Positions 8,650-18,941 of a DNA stretch of 64,000 nucleotides are shown piece by piece; the first letter of the stretch is position 1, and each line of letters begins with the position of its first letter. The stretch is from Terriglobia bacterium. GTDB taxonomy: Bacteria; Acidobacteriota; Terriglobia; JAIQFV01. The stretch is taken from assembly GCA_020072965.1 (NCBI GenBank), contig JAIQFY010000017.1, forward strand, positions 17,604-81,603, in the 5' to 3' direction. Under the pieces are notes generated by a model, which had not been told where the DNA came from, ran no database searches, and saw nothing but the letters and a program-made list of their open reading frames with translations. Position numbers and translations under genes: made by a program.

Positions 8650-10122
8650 TCAATGGCTCCCTGATTTCTCAACAGGGAAACCGGCGGCGATCCATGCACT
8701 GGTGCCCCCCACCACATTGAAGAGATTCTCAAATCCGTGCGGTGAGAGAATGCTGGTGGCGGCGCTGGATCGGTATCCGCCCTGGCAAATCACCGCAAGT
8801 GGCCGATTTGGATAGACCGCCAGACCCGTGTCAATTCCCGAGGAACCGGGACGGTTTTGTGTTGCAGGGACTGTCTCCATTTCTTTCACACTGGTTCGTG
8901 AAATCCTCTCGGAGAGGTTTGAGAGGGGCACATTCACGGCGCAAGGCACGTGGCCGTTCTGATATTCGCCCGGGCGGCGGACGTCGAGCACCTGCAGTTG
9001 CGGTTGTTCTTCGAGGCGGTGGCGAAGTTCATCCACGGGAATCTGCGGAACCTTCGCCAGGGGAAATCCGGCTTTGTCCCAGGCGTACACTCCCCCTTCC
9101 AGAAACCCTTTGACACTCTCGACCCCAACCCGCGCGAGCCGGAGGACGGCCTCGTCGACCTTGGCCGATTCTTCGGCGACCAGGATGAGAGGTGTCCCGG
9201 CAGGGATCAGGCATCCGGCCCAGGAGGCGAACTGGCCACCCAGTCCGATCTGAAGCGCCCCCGGCACGTGACCGGCTCCAAAGGCAGCCTCGTTGCGGAC
9301 ATCGAGAACAAGATGGCCGTGCCCGCTGTGCGCATTCACCTCCGCCGGAGATAATCCCTTGGGACGAGGTAATTGTTGAAGGGCTTCCGCGCCAGTGCGG
9401 TTGATTTCCGCGTCCCTCGAAAAGTAGGCGGGGGCTTCAGGCAGGTCGGTCGTCATCATCGCGATGAAATCTTCACGCGACATCGGTCGTAACGCATAGT
9501 TGAAGCGGCGCTGCTCGCCGAGGGTGGAGGAGGTGTCTTTTGAAATGTTGCGCCCGCACATCGACCCGGCGCCATGGGCAGGATAAACCTCGACGCTGTC
9601 CTCCAGCGTCAGGAGTTTTTCGTGCAGACTGTCGTAAAGCAGTCCGGCCATCTGTGGCGCCGTGTAACCTTTCGATCCCACCAGGTCAGGACGCCCCACA
9701 TCCCCGATGAAGAGCGTGTCGCCCGTCAGAACTTTTACAGGCGTGTCCGAAATTTCCTTGTCCAGGACACAGATGCAAATGCTCTCCGGCGTATGCCCGG
9801 GCGTCTCCAGGATTCGTAAGGTGACTTTTCCAATCCGGATTTCATCGCCATCTTTCACGGGCCGGTACGCAAACGCGGCGCCGGCCTTTTCTCCAAAAAC
9901 AATTTCAGCCCCGGTCCGTGCGGCCAGTTCGCGGTGTCCACTTACAAAATCGGCATGCAGGTGGGTCTCGATCACGTATTTGATCTTCAGACCCTGGGCC
10001 GAAGCTTCCTGCAGGTATTGGTCAACATCCCGCTGTGGGTCGACGACAACCGCTTCGCCCTCGGAGCCCATCAGGTATGACGCGTGTGCGAGACAGCCGA
10101 GGTAGAATTGCTTGAAGTACAT
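8650..10122 (-). CDS. MBL-fold persulfide dioxygenase fused to two rhodanese domains (CstB-like)
   Basis: ETHLHADFVSG, TPGHTPE, TGDTLFIGDVGRPDL, HGAGSMCG. The C-terminal rhodanese has VICQGGYRS; the middle one lacks Cys. Start at ATG 10122 with RBS gggagg. Confidence 0.85.
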   Translation of the reverse strand: MYFKQFYLGCLAHASYLMGSEGEAVVVDPQRDVDQYLQEASAQGLKIKYVIETHLHADFVSGHRELAARTGAEIVFGEKAGAAFAYRPVKDGDEIRIGKVTLRILETPGHTPESICICVLDKEISDTPVKVLTGDTLFIGDVGRPDLVGSKGYTAPQMAGLLYDSLHEKLLTLEDSVEVYPAHGAGSMCGRNISKDTSSTLGEQRRFNYALRPMSREDFIAMMTTDLPEAPAYFSRDAEINRTGAEALQQLPRPKGLSPAEVNAHSGHGHLVLDVRNEAAFGAGHVPGALQIGLGGQFASWAGCLIPAGTPLILVAEESAKVDEAVLRLARVGVESVKGFLEGGVYAWDKAGFPLAKVPQIPVDELRHRLEEQPQLQVLDVRRPGEYQNGHVPCAVNVPLSNLSERISRTSVKEMETVPATQNRPGSSGIDTGLAVYPNRPLAVICQGGYRSSAATSILSPHGFENLFNVVGGTSAWIAAGFPVEKSGSH

Positions 10123-10195
10123 TGTTGCCTCCCTTGGCAAGCTTCGTCGGTGTGCGGAAGGCCAAATATAGGGGGGATGGAGGGAAGAAGCAAGG

Positions 10196-10270
10196 GAATA
10201 GGTAATAGGTGATAGGTGATAGGTGATAGGTGATGGGTAATCGGTGATAGGGGTTAGGGATTAGGTGTCA
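10196..10270. repeat. Heptamer tandem tract (GGTRATA)n
   Basis: ggtaataggtgataggtgataggtgataggtgatgggtaatcggtgatagg. Confidence 0.85.
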
Positions 10271-10530
10271 AGCCGAAGGTCCGCCGGCTTTTTGGCGGAT
10301 GTCGGGTGTCGGGGGCATTGGTAGCCCCGGCGGGCGTTCTTCCCGCCGGGGGCACTTGCGAGCGGGCATCACATCTGAAGGGATTCTTGAGAATCCGTGA
10401 GGCAACCGAAAGCACTGGGGATTTGTCAAAAAAACTCTGGATCAACGATCTTAGTTGATCCAGAGAAAATCTACCGTCACAACAAACCGCCAAGGCGGAT
10501 GACCCCGAGATTGTAATCCCAATGGGAGCA

Positions 10531-11952
10531 CTAAGCGCGTGTTTCCTCCAAGACCCGATTCACGGCTTCAACAGCGCGGTCGACATCGGCCTCGTTGGTT
10601 TGCCAGTTGCACACAGAGACGCGCATGCAGCGTTTGCCGCGCCAGGTGGTCCCGCCGAAGAAGGTCTCACCAGTCTTGAGAATTCCGGCAATGACGGCAT
10701 CGGTGCGCCGGTCATGATCGGCGCCGGTGGCGTCCGATCCGGGATCGAGAAATCGCACGAGGCCTTGATTGATTTTAGGCTCCCACATAAGTTCGGCACC
10801 CCTCAATGCACCGAGGCGCATAACCAGGGTGTGGGCATGTCGGCAGGTTCGTTCCACCAGGTCCGCTATTCCCTGTCGACCAAGTTCGCGAAGGGCCGCA
10901 TAGGTGGCTACCCCGCGTCCGCGCCGTGACCACTCCGGGTTCCAGTCCATTGGGTCGCGGGCGTCCGCGGCGTGCGTGAGATAGCTGGCGCGATGCGACA
11001 TGGAAGCGTGATGGGCCTTCGGGTCAGCAACGAAGGCATAGCCACAATCATAAGGCACGTTCAGCCATTTGTGGCCGTCGGTCGCCCAGGAGTCTGCCAG
11101 TTCACAACCCCGAAGAAAATGGCGGTGCGTGGGGCTGGCAGCGGCCCACAGACCGAATGCTCCATCGACGTGAACCCAGGCGCCCTGGCGATGCGCCAGG
11201 GGAATGAGTTGATCGAAGGGATCGTAGCTCCCGATGTTTATGTCGCCGGCCTGAAGAAGGACAAGGGTGGGTCGTTCCGGTTGCGCTTGTAGTGCCGAGG
11301 CGAGGACATCCACCGGCAGGCGGCCTTCATCATCGACCGGCAAGTAAACGACATTGTCAATGCCCAGCCCCAGCAGGCGCACGGCACGTTCGAAGGATCC
11401 GTGGCGCTGGTCGCTGCTGAGGATGCGAATTGAAGGTGCGCCCGCCAGACCTTTCCGTTCCACGTCCCATCCCTGCCTCGAAAGAAGGGCGTTCCGTGCG
11501 GCTGCAAGACACGTGACGTGCGCCATTTGACAACCAGTGACCAGCGCAAAGCTGGCCTTTGGGGGTAAACCGAGCAGATCTTTCAGCCAATCACCACAGA
11601 TCTCTTCAATCACGGCCTCGGCGGGCCCGCTGGCATACAGGGTGGCATTCTGGTCCCAAGCCGAGGTGAGCCAGTCGGCCGCGAGGGCGGCCGGCGTTGA
11701 GCCACCAATCACCCAGGCAAAAAACCGACCCCCCGAGCTTCCCACGAGACCCCCCGCCACATCACCCACGAGGTCGTCAATGACCTGCGAGGCGCGAACT
11801 CCGCGCTCGGCCAGAGGACGTGCCAGGCGGGAACGCAATTCCGCGAGGGTCGCGGTAGGCGATACGGAAGTATGCCTTAGATTCTCAAGATAGGTGACTG
11901 CGTGTGCGAGGGCCCGCTCCAGCACGGGGCGATAGCAGGTGGTGGGTTCCAT
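10531..11952 (-). CDS. PLP-dependent group II (aromatic L-amino acid-type) decarboxylase
   Basis: WVHVDGAFG, ATDGHKWLNVPYDCG (PLP lysine), RFFAWVIGG. Confidence 0.9.
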   Translation of the reverse strand: MEPTTCYRPVLERALAHAVTYLENLRHTSVSPTATLAELRSRLARPLAERGVRASQVIDDLVGDVAGGLVGSSGGRFFAWVIGGSTPAALAADWLTSAWDQNATLYASGPAEAVIEEICGDWLKDLLGLPPKASFALVTGCQMAHVTCLAAARNALLSRQGWDVERKGLAGAPSIRILSSDQRHGSFERAVRLLGLGIDNVVYLPVDDEGRLPVDVLASALQAQPERPTLVLLQAGDINIGSYDPFDQLIPLAHRQGAWVHVDGAFGLWAAASPTHRHFLRGCELADSWATDGHKWLNVPYDCGYAFVADPKAHHASMSHRASYLTHAADARDPMDWNPEWSRRGRGVATYAALRELGRQGIADLVERTCRHAHTLVMRLGALRGAELMWEPKINQGLVRFLDPGSDATGADHDRRTDAVIAGILKTGETFFGGTTWRGKRCMRVSVCNWQTNEADVDRAVEAVNRVLEETRA

Positions 11953-12047
11953 CAGTTGACCTCCAGCAAATTCATAAGAACTCTTTCGCAGGCGAGGATT
12001 ATAGAGCGAAAGAAATCGGGGGACTATCCGTTTCGTGCGGTCAAAAT

Positions 12048-12123
12048 CAGGTGTCGGGTGTCAGGTGCCGGGTGTCAGGTGTCGGGGGAGAGGTGGGTAG
12101 GCGATAGGTAATAGGTATTAGGC
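12048..12123. repeat. Heptamer tandem tracts (GGTGTCR)n and (GGTAATA)n
   Basis: caggtgtcgggtgtcaggtgccgggtgtcaggtgtcggg...gataggtaataggtattagg. Confidence 0.85.
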
Positions 12124-12177
12124 AATTGGAAGAGAAGGGAGGATCGCGTCGCCATCAGTACGTTCGTGTCGGGCAGG

Positions 12178-12729
12178 TCAGGCTGAGGGGAGAGTCCTCG
12201 CGGGGTGATGTTTTTTGCCTTGATAATACAGCCATACGACGACGCCAATCATGCCGAGCCACCCGAGCAGGTAAACCAGGGCGGCAATCCGGGTGTCGTA
12301 CTTGAGGATCCCTATCTGGCTGAACAGGATGTTCCAGTCGTGTCCGACGTCATCAGCATTCCCCACCGTCACAAGGGGCAGTTCCAACTTTCGTGCGTCG
12401 GCCATGTAGGTGGAGATCTGAAGAAAGTTTTCAAAGAAGAAGAAAGCGGCAAAGGCAGTTCCCAGTAGTTGGCGTTCGAATAGAAAGTAACTTGCAATGG
12501 CCAACGGCACTCCCAACTGAAGAAGCGTGCCACCTGCAACTCCCATCGTCTGACCCAGCCAGGAGAACAAGAGGTGGCCGCCTTCATGAATGGGCAAGAA
12601 TACAAGATCAATGAAAAGGCCGTCTCCATGCTTCGAGAAGGCGTACATCAAAAAAAAGACATAGAATGCCAGCCATCCAAAAAGGGCGGGACGGGAAACG
12701 GGCTTCCAATCTTCTTGAAGCGCTTTCAT
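12178..12729 (-). CDS. Integral membrane protein with HExxH motif (site-2/M50-like metalloprotease candidate)
   Basis: Four hydrophobic segments, LPIHEGGHLLF and GHDW. The ORF track start is 12768; I prefer ATG 12729. Confidence 0.6.
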   Translation of the reverse strand: MKALQEDWKPVSRPALFGWLAFYVFFLMYAFSKHGDGLFIDLVFLPIHEGGHLLFSWLGQTMGVAGGTLLQLGVPLAIASYFLFERQLLGTAFAAFFFFENFLQISTYMADARKLELPLVTVGNADDVGHDWNILFSQIGILKYDTRIAALVYLLGWLGMIGVVVWLYYQGKKHHPARTLPSA

Positions 12730-12771
12730 GAATTCAAATTCCATAAAGTTCAACCTGTCGGCAATCATCGC

Positions 12772-13872
12772 TCAACCGGAGCGCAATGTGATCCGGAGGA
12801 TCTCACTGGGGCGCCAGAGCCTCATGCGCGGTCCCCATGTGCCTGTGCCGCGGCAGACGATCACCGGCATTCCGCCCACCTCGTACCTCCCCTCCAGCAG
12901 CGGATACCTGAGCCACACTAAATAGCTGAACGGCCAGATCTGCCCGGCGTGGGTGTGGCCGGAGAGCATCAAGCCCGCTCCGACGCTTGCTGCCGTCTCC
13001 GCCTGCCACGGCGTGTGTGAGAGAAGAATGGTGGCACCGGGGGGCCGACCTTTGAGCGCCTGGCCGATGGGGTCGCCGCCCTGACCGGAGCGGCGGCGGC
13101 GAGTGAGGTCATCGACCCCAGCCAGAACCAAGCCCGGCCGCACCTCCACCCAGCGGTTACTCAACACCTCGATGCCGGATTTCTTGAGCATGTTCGGATT
13201 GTCCGGACGACGGCCGTAAGACTCATGATTGCCGTTGACCGCCCAAACACCAAGTGGAGCGGAGATGCGGCCCAGGGTTGAAAGCATCCCTTCCCGAGGC
13301 GGTCCATGACCCTCAAAGATATCGCCGAGAAGGACCACAACGTCGGGCCGTTGTGCCTGGATTTGAGCGACGCGCCCAGCCAGCCATTGCTCGCCCAGCG
13401 ACGATCCCAGGTGCAAATCCGAAACCGCAACAAGTACCAAGCCATCCCTTTCGGGAGGCAGCCCGGCGAGGCGCACCTCGTAGTCCCGAATCACTGGCGG
13501 CCGCAATCCCTGGACGAGTGCAATCACACAAAGCCCCGCGCCCGCAATCAAGGCCCAGCCGCGCAGCGAAGGGGCCATTCTGGGCAGTAGAAAACCGAAT
13601 CCGGTGAAGATCTCTATCGTGAGTAGGCAAACAGAAGTTAAGAACAACGCGGCCAACCACGTCATGCCGATAAAGCCCAGCGTCTCGGCCAGGATCCCGC
13701 CGATGGAGTGCTCGAAGACGTGGCTGAGTAGAAAACTCAACCATAGGACCACACCCAATCCAATAATAAGTATTCGGGGGGCATGGCGCTCGATCAGAGG
13801 CACAGAAGCGGCGCGCCAGAAAACGTAGAGTTGCAGTACGGTGCAGGCTACAAGAAGAAAAGTTCCGAACAA
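12772..13872 (-). CDS. Membrane-anchored metallophosphoesterase (calcineurin-like, YkuE type)
   Basis: SDLHLG, LLGDIFEG, VNGNHE, LLSHTP, LSGHTHAGQ. N-terminal TM helices. TTG start at 13872 after gggagg. Confidence 0.85.
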   Translation of the reverse strand: MFGTFLLVACTVLQLYVFWRAASVPLIERHAPRILIIGLGVVLWLSFLLSHVFEHSIGGILAETLGFIGMTWLAALFLTSVCLLTIEIFTGFGFLLPRMAPSLRGWALIAGAGLCVIALVQGLRPPVIRDYEVRLAGLPPERDGLVLVAVSDLHLGSSLGEQWLAGRVAQIQAQRPDVVVLLGDIFEGHGPPREGMLSTLGRISAPLGVWAVNGNHESYGRRPDNPNMLKKSGIEVLSNRWVEVRPGLVLAGVDDLTRRRRSGQGGDPIGQALKGRPPGATILLSHTPWQAETAASVGAGLMLSGHTHAGQIWPFSYLVWLRYPLLEGRYEVGGMPVIVCRGTGTWGPRMRLWRPSEILRITLRSG

Positions 13873-14355
13873 AAGGCCTCCCCGGGCGCAGTCGAGCTTC
13901 CAATGAGTTTTGCATGGATTGATTGGCAATAGCAAGCGAGGGGCGGGAATAGGGGATAGGTCATAGGGGATAGCAATTAAAAGTTGGGGGGGAAGTTGGA
14001 GCAATTGACATTGCCACTACGATTCAAGATCCTCTCTGATGCCCTCGGAACTTGCCGCCGATTAGGCGCGCTCAATTTCGAAATCGAGGTCAAAGACCGT
14101 ATCCCAAATCTCAGGAGGAAAAGGTTCTTTTTCTTTGCGGAGGAATGCGGTTGTCGTTGACTTCGCCCAACACAACCCATAGACTCAGGACGTTCGGTCC
14201 AATACTCTGCGGTCAATAGAATTTGCTCCAATCAACCGTCGATTGAGTTGAGGAGGGAGCGAATCCAATTCCGGCTGAGTCGCTTGTTGCCAACCGGACC
14301 GGTTTCTTCAAGGACCCTCATTTAGTGCATCTGATTTGAACAAAAGGAGAGAAGA

Positions 14356-14679
14356 ATGGCAGCCGTAAAACTCGTTGTGATGTATCCGCGTCCGACCGAT
14401 ATTGATGCCTTTGAGAAGCGCTATCTAAAAGAGCACGTTCAGATGGCTGTTGAAAAAATGATTGGCAAGACAAAGATCGTGGCCACGAAGGCCGTGGGGT
14501 CTCCCCAGGGGACGCCGCTCTACTACCGTATTGCAGAGATCCATTTCCCCACGATGAAAGACCTGGAAGCCTGCGCGGCTTCCCAGGGAGCCAAGGAAAC
14601 CCTGGCGCACGCCTTCACAATTTCCACGGGAGGGCCGCCGGTGATTTTGGTGGCGGAGGAAGAGACGTTTAATTTCTAG
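14356..14679 (+). CDS. EthD family reductase/dabb-fold protein
   Basis: KLVVMYPRP.D..AFEKRY..EH and YYRIAEIHF; RBS aaggag. Confidence 0.8.
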   Translation: MAAVKLVVMYPRPTDIDAFEKRYLKEHVQMAVEKMIGKTKIVATKAVGSPQGTPLYYRIAEIHFPTMKDLEACAASQGAKETLAHAFTISTGGPPVILVAEEETFNF

Positions 14680-14741
14680 TCGAAGATAATTGAAATTTAC
14701 ATGGTCTCTGGCGCAGTCGAAAAACTGTTGTTCTGGAAATT

Positions 14742-14826
14742 GAAGTCAGAAATCGGAAGTCAGAGGCCGGAAGACAGAAGTCGGAAGTCAGAAGTCAGAG
14801 GCCGGAAGCCGGAAGTGGGAGGTCAG
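14742..14826. repeat. Heptamer tandem tract (GAAGTCR)n
   Basis: gaagtcagaaatcggaagtcagaggccggaagacagaagtcggaagtcagaagtcagagg. A second tract lies at 63843-63902. Confidence 0.85.
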
Positions 14827-15042
14827 ACAAGACCTGGACCCCGAGGTGTGAAGGCCACGAAGCGGTCCCGCACGCCGCGACTGTCGTGGGCCTCTTGTCC
14901 CATGTTGCGGCCATTTCGTGCTTTTTGGCAGCTCGTCTTCCCTCAATTCTAATAGCCGTTGCGCTGCCGCACTTCTCCACGCAAACCAGGTCCGGAACAA
15001 ATCTGCCTACTGGCACATCGTCGCTGCGCTGACAAATCTCCG

Positions 15043-15996
15043 ATGACGTTCAATCAAAGGGTTTCCGTGAGAATACCCAAGTCATTCATACTCGCTGTCA
15101 TCATCCCCTTCCTTGTTCTTACCGGCTGCGGAAAAAAAGAGACAAGAAAATCATCAAAAATCATTGGTGTGACCCTGTTGACCCGCGCCCATCTGTTTTA
15201 TAAGGACCTCGAAGAGGGATTGCTCTCAGCCGCTGCCCGAAACAACTACGAATTGATCATCACCGCCGCCGAGTTCGACTTGGGAAGACAATCCGGCCAG
15301 ATCGAAGATTTTGTGGCACGCCGGGTGGACGCCATCATTGTGTGTCCCGCCGATTCGCGGGGCGTGGGTCCGGCCATCGCCAAGGCCAACCAGGCAAAGA
15401 TCCCGGTCTTCACGGCTGACATCGCTTCGCAGGAAGGGGAGGTTGTCTGTCATGTTGCCTCCGACAACATCGCCGGGGGCCGACAGGCGGGAGAATATCT
15501 TGCCCGAACCCTGAAGGGAAAAGGCAACATCGCCATCATCGATCAGCCCACCCTCACCTCGGTCCTTGACCGGGTGCAAGGATTTAAGGATGCGGTGGCG
15601 CTGTATCCCGATATGCGGATTGTCGCGGACGTGAATGGCGAAGGGGTCCGTGACAAGGCCATGCAGGTGGCCTCCGACATCCTCCAGGCGCATCCGGAAC
15701 TGAACGGCATCTTCGGTATCAATGACGACTCGGCGCTCGGGGCGCTGGACGCTGTCCAGCAGTTCAAGCGATCAGGCATTTCCATCGTGGGGTACGATGC
15801 CACGCCCCCGGCGGTGGATGCGATCCTCAAGAACACCGCCCTGAAGGCGGATGTCGTCCAGTATCCGAGGAGGATCGGGGAAACCACCATCCAAAAGATC
15901 AGAGAATACTTCTCCGGCGTGCCTCCCCAAAAAGTTGTCCCGGTTGAGGTCGGAATCGTGGACCGGGATTCTCTTTCCAGAACGCAGACCCGATGA
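15043..15996 (+). CDS. Sugar ABC transporter substrate-binding lipoprotein (RbsB-like)
   Basis: Lipobox LTGC, VDAIIVCPAD, VASDNIAGG, GINDDSALGA, IVGYDA. Confidence 0.9.
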   Translation: MTFNQRVSVRIPKSFILAVIIPFLVLTGCGKKETRKSSKIIGVTLLTRAHLFYKDLEEGLLSAAARNNYELIITAAEFDLGRQSGQIEDFVARRVDAIIVCPADSRGVGPAIAKANQAKIPVFTADIASQEGEVVCHVASDNIAGGRQAGEYLARTLKGKGNIAIIDQPTLTSVLDRVQGFKDAVALYPDMRIVADVNGEGVRDKAMQVASDILQAHPELNGIFGINDDSALGALDAVQQFKRSGISIVGYDATPPAVDAILKNTALKADVVQYPRRIGETTIQKIREYFSGVPPQKVVPVEVGIVDRDSLSRTQTR

Positions 15997-17519
15997 GCTC
16001 ATCGCCGCTGCTCGAAATGCTTCACATCACGAAACAGTATCCCGGCGTGCTGGCGCTGGATGATGTGACGTTTGATCTGTATGCCGGAGAAGTTCACTGC
16101 CTGGTGGGGGAAAACGGCGCCGGGAAAACCACGTTGATCAAAATTCTCTCGGGGGCGCTTCCGAAGGATGTAGGCGAACTTCGGGTGAATGGAAAACCGG
16201 TCTTCCTGCATTCCCCGGCCGACGCCTTCGAGGCCGGCATCGGGATCATCCACCAGGATTTCAAGCTCGTGCCCGAACTCACCGTGGCGGAAAACATCTT
16301 TCTCGGCCGGGAACCGTGCAGGGGACGCTCTCCCTTTATTGATTTCGAAAAGATGCGCGAAGGCGCACGGGCCGTACTCGCACAACTCGGCGAATCCCTC
16401 GATCCCCGGGCCCGCATCGGTACTCTCAGCGTGGCCCAGCGACAGGTCGTCGAAATTGCCAAATCTTTGTCGGGAAAGAACCGCATCCTGGCCATGGATG
16501 AACCCTCTGCTGCATTGACGGGAAAGGAATTGAAAAACCTCTTTGCCGTGATCCGGCGCATGCAGGAAGAAGGAGTCGGCATCATTTACATCTCCCACCG
16601 GATCGATGAAATTTTCGAAATTGGAACTCGCGTCACGGTCCTGCGCGACGGGAAGCATGTTCACACCTGCAAGACCTCCGAGGCTGATCGCAGGGGCCTG
16701 GTGAGCTGGATGGTCGGCCGCGAGATGGATCAGGAGTATCCGAAAGTCAGGCTGCAGAGGGGAAAGGAAATCCTCAGGCTGGAGAACCTGAACGGAGGCA
16801 AGCTCCGGAATATCCATCTCGCAGTCTACCAGGGAGAGATCCTCGGGCTGGCGGGCCTGGTGGGAGCTGGCCGGACTGAATTGGCAAGGCTCATTTTTGG
16901 GGCCGACCGTTTGGAGAACGGAAGGATCCTCCTCGATGGAAAGGAAATTCACCCGCACTCCCCGCGCGACGCCATCGATGCCGGCATCGGGCTGCTGACC
17001 GAAGACCGCAACCGCTATGGTCTGATCATGGAAATGAGCATTGAGAAAAACATCACGCTGTCCAATCTCAAGGCCGTCAGCCGGGGAGGGTTCATTCAGG
17101 GAGAGAAGGAGCGAGGCGCCGCGCAGCAGTTTGCTGAAGAATTGCGTATCAAGACCCCCTCGCTCGATCGCGAGGTCTCCACCCTCAGCGGCGGCAACCG
17201 TCAGAAGGTCGTGCTCGCCCGCTGGCTTTTTACCCGTTCCCGTCTGCTCCTATTTGACGAACCCACGGCAGGGATCGACGTGGGCGTGAAGTATGAAATC
17301 TACAACCTCCTCAACCAGCTCGCACTGAACGGGAAAGGCGTGGTCATCATTTCCTCTGACCTGCCGGAACTGCTGGGTCTTTGTGACCGCATTGTGGTGT
17401 TGTGCGAAGGACGAATCACGGGAGAACTGTCGCGCGAGGAGGCGACCGAAGAAAAAATCATGCTGCTGGCAACAAGCGTTGTTGATATGAGGGGGCACAG
17501 AGACGATCGAGAAGCGTAA
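15993..17519 (+). CDS. Sugar ABC transporter ATP-binding protein (RbsA-like, two NBDs)
   Basis: GENGAGKT, MDEPS, LSGGNRQK, FDEPTAGIDVG. Confidence 0.92.
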   Translation: MSSSPLLEMLHITKQYPGVLALDDVTFDLYAGEVHCLVGENGAGKTTLIKILSGALPKDVGELRVNGKPVFLHSPADAFEAGIGIIHQDFKLVPELTVAENIFLGREPCRGRSPFIDFEKMREGARAVLAQLGESLDPRARIGTLSVAQRQVVEIAKSLSGKNRILAMDEPSAALTGKELKNLFAVIRRMQEEGVGIIYISHRIDEIFEIGTRVTVLRDGKHVHTCKTSEADRRGLVSWMVGREMDQEYPKVRLQRGKEILRLENLNGGKLRNIHLAVYQGEILGLAGLVGAGRTELARLIFGADRLENGRILLDGKEIHPHSPRDAIDAGIGLLTEDRNRYGLIMEMSIEKNITLSNLKAVSRGGFIQGEKERGAAQQFAEELRIKTPSLDREVSTLSGGNRQKVVLARWLFTRSRLLLFDEPTAGIDVGVKYEIYNLLNQLALNGKGVVIISSDLPELLGLCDRIVVLCEGRITGELSREEATEEKIMLLATSVVDMRGHRDDREA

Positions 17520-17537
17520 AAATGAGAACAGTTTATG

Positions 17538-17757
17538 AGGAAGCCAGGAATACAGGAGGACTAAGAGCTAAGCGTAGAGCCAAGTCAAGAGAGATAAGCC
17601 CAAGAAAAGTTACGAGACTCGCCGGTATGGATCACCTCGCTGTTGGTAGGGATGTGCGAAGGAGAACTGACCCAATTCCCTTCTCCCAGACTTTCAGCGA
17701 TTCCCAAGTCCCAGGTAACGAGCCAGGTTTTTAACTCTCCTGTATTCCTGGCTTCCT
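17538..17757. mobile_element. MITE-like element with 21-bp perfect terminal inverted repeats inside the sugar ABC operon
   Basis: aggaagccaggaatacaggag (17538-17558) pairs with ctcctgtattcctggcttcct (17737-17757). A related shorter copy lies at 27576-27691. Confidence 0.65.
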
Positions 17758-17805
17758 AATTGAACTTATTGTTCCATGGTTTCTTCTGTGGTTGGGGTTG
17801 ATTTC

Positions 17806-18759
17806 ATGACTTCGCGGAAAAACATTCTCTCCAGGATCCTGAGCCAATACGGCATCAGTCTCGCCCTGTTGATCGAGATCATTCTGTTCTCGCGCCTCTC
17901 CCCGTTCTTTTTTACCACCGAAAACATCCTCAATGTCACGCTCCAGATTTCAATCACGGCCATCATCGCGGCGGGAATGACCTTTGTCATCCTGACCGCC
18001 GGCATTGACCTCTCGGTGGGCGCCCTGGTGGCTCTCAGTGGCGTTCTCGCCACCAGCGTGTTGAAATTGCCGATCCCGTTGATTTATTCCTTCCCTCTAT
18101 TCCTCGCCACCGGGATCCTCGTCGGCGTTTTCTCCGGATGGCTGTCGGCATTCTTCATCACGCGATTCAATGTCACCCCTTTTATCGTGACCCTCGCTCT
18201 GATGAGCATCTGGCGCGGGGGGGCGTACCTTTATACCGGCGGCCGACCCGTCTGGGGTCTGCCTCATGCCTTCAGCATGCTGGGAGGCGGCAGGGTGGCA
18301 GGCATTCCCTTGCCGACCCTGATCATGCTTGCGGTTTACGCAGCCGCGTACATTGTGTTGCAGTACACCCGGTTCGGGCGACACGTCTATGCCGTCGGAG
18401 GAAACCAGGAGGCCGCCCGGTTGGCAGGGATCAATACAAAGCGGGTTCTCAGACAGGTTTATATCCTCTGTGGAGTGCTGTCCGCCCTGAGCGGGATGCT
18501 TCTCGCCTCGCGGATGAATTCCGGGCAACCGAATGCGGGGCTGATGTACGAACTCGATGTGATTGCCGCCGTGGTCGTGGGAGGCGCCAGCCTCTTTGGC
18601 GGCCGCGGCTCCATTGTCGGGACCTTTGTAGGAGCCATGCTGATCGGCGTGTCGCGCAACGGACTGAATCTACTCAATGTCAATTCTTACATTCAACAAA
18701 TCATTGTCGGATTGGTGATCCTGGTGGCGGTAATGTTGGACCAGATGAGAAAAAGGTAA
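17806..18759 (+). CDS. Sugar ABC transporter permease (RbsC-like)
   Basis: GMTFVILTAGIDLSVG, FGRHVYAVGGN.EAARLAGI, YELDVIAAVVVGG. Confidence 0.92.
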   Translation: MTSRKNILSRILSQYGISLALLIEIILFSRLSPFFFTTENILNVTLQISITAIIAAGMTFVILTAGIDLSVGALVALSGVLATSVLKLPIPLIYSFPLFLATGILVGVFSGWLSAFFITRFNVTPFIVTLALMSIWRGGAYLYTGGRPVWGLPHAFSMLGGGRVAGIPLPTLIMLAVYAAAYIVLQYTRFGRHVYAVGGNQEAARLAGINTKRVLRQVYILCGVLSALSGMLLASRMNSGQPNAGLMYELDVIAAVVVGGASLFGGRGSIVGTFVGAMLIGVSRNGLNLLNVNSYIQQIIVGLVILVAVMLDQMRKR

Positions 18760-18941
18760 CCCGCGAGGCACAGAAATGCTCAAGGATCTGAGGTGTGATC
18801 CAAGGTTCAGCGATCTTCAGGAGCCGCCCCTTACTCCCCCTGTCCACTCACGCCTCTCAACCTTCCGACACCGCCTCAACCGTTATGAATCTTGTGCCCC
18901 TTTGTGATTTCCAGATCTTGAAACCCCGAGGGATCCATCTC

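Noticed and set aside
14701-15016. Short ORFs with RSQK/EVRS-type periodic sequence (also at 11902-12111, 42449-42688 and 43285-43521)
   Set aside because: These are translations of heptamer repeat tracts, not genes.
15999-16958. 319-aa antisense ORF, and similar long shadow ORFs such as 26957..27955, 47113..47865, 47965..48870, 41361..42251 and 1462..2244
   Set aside because: They lie opposite well-supported genes, have no recognisable motifs, and are expected in GC-rich coding DNA.
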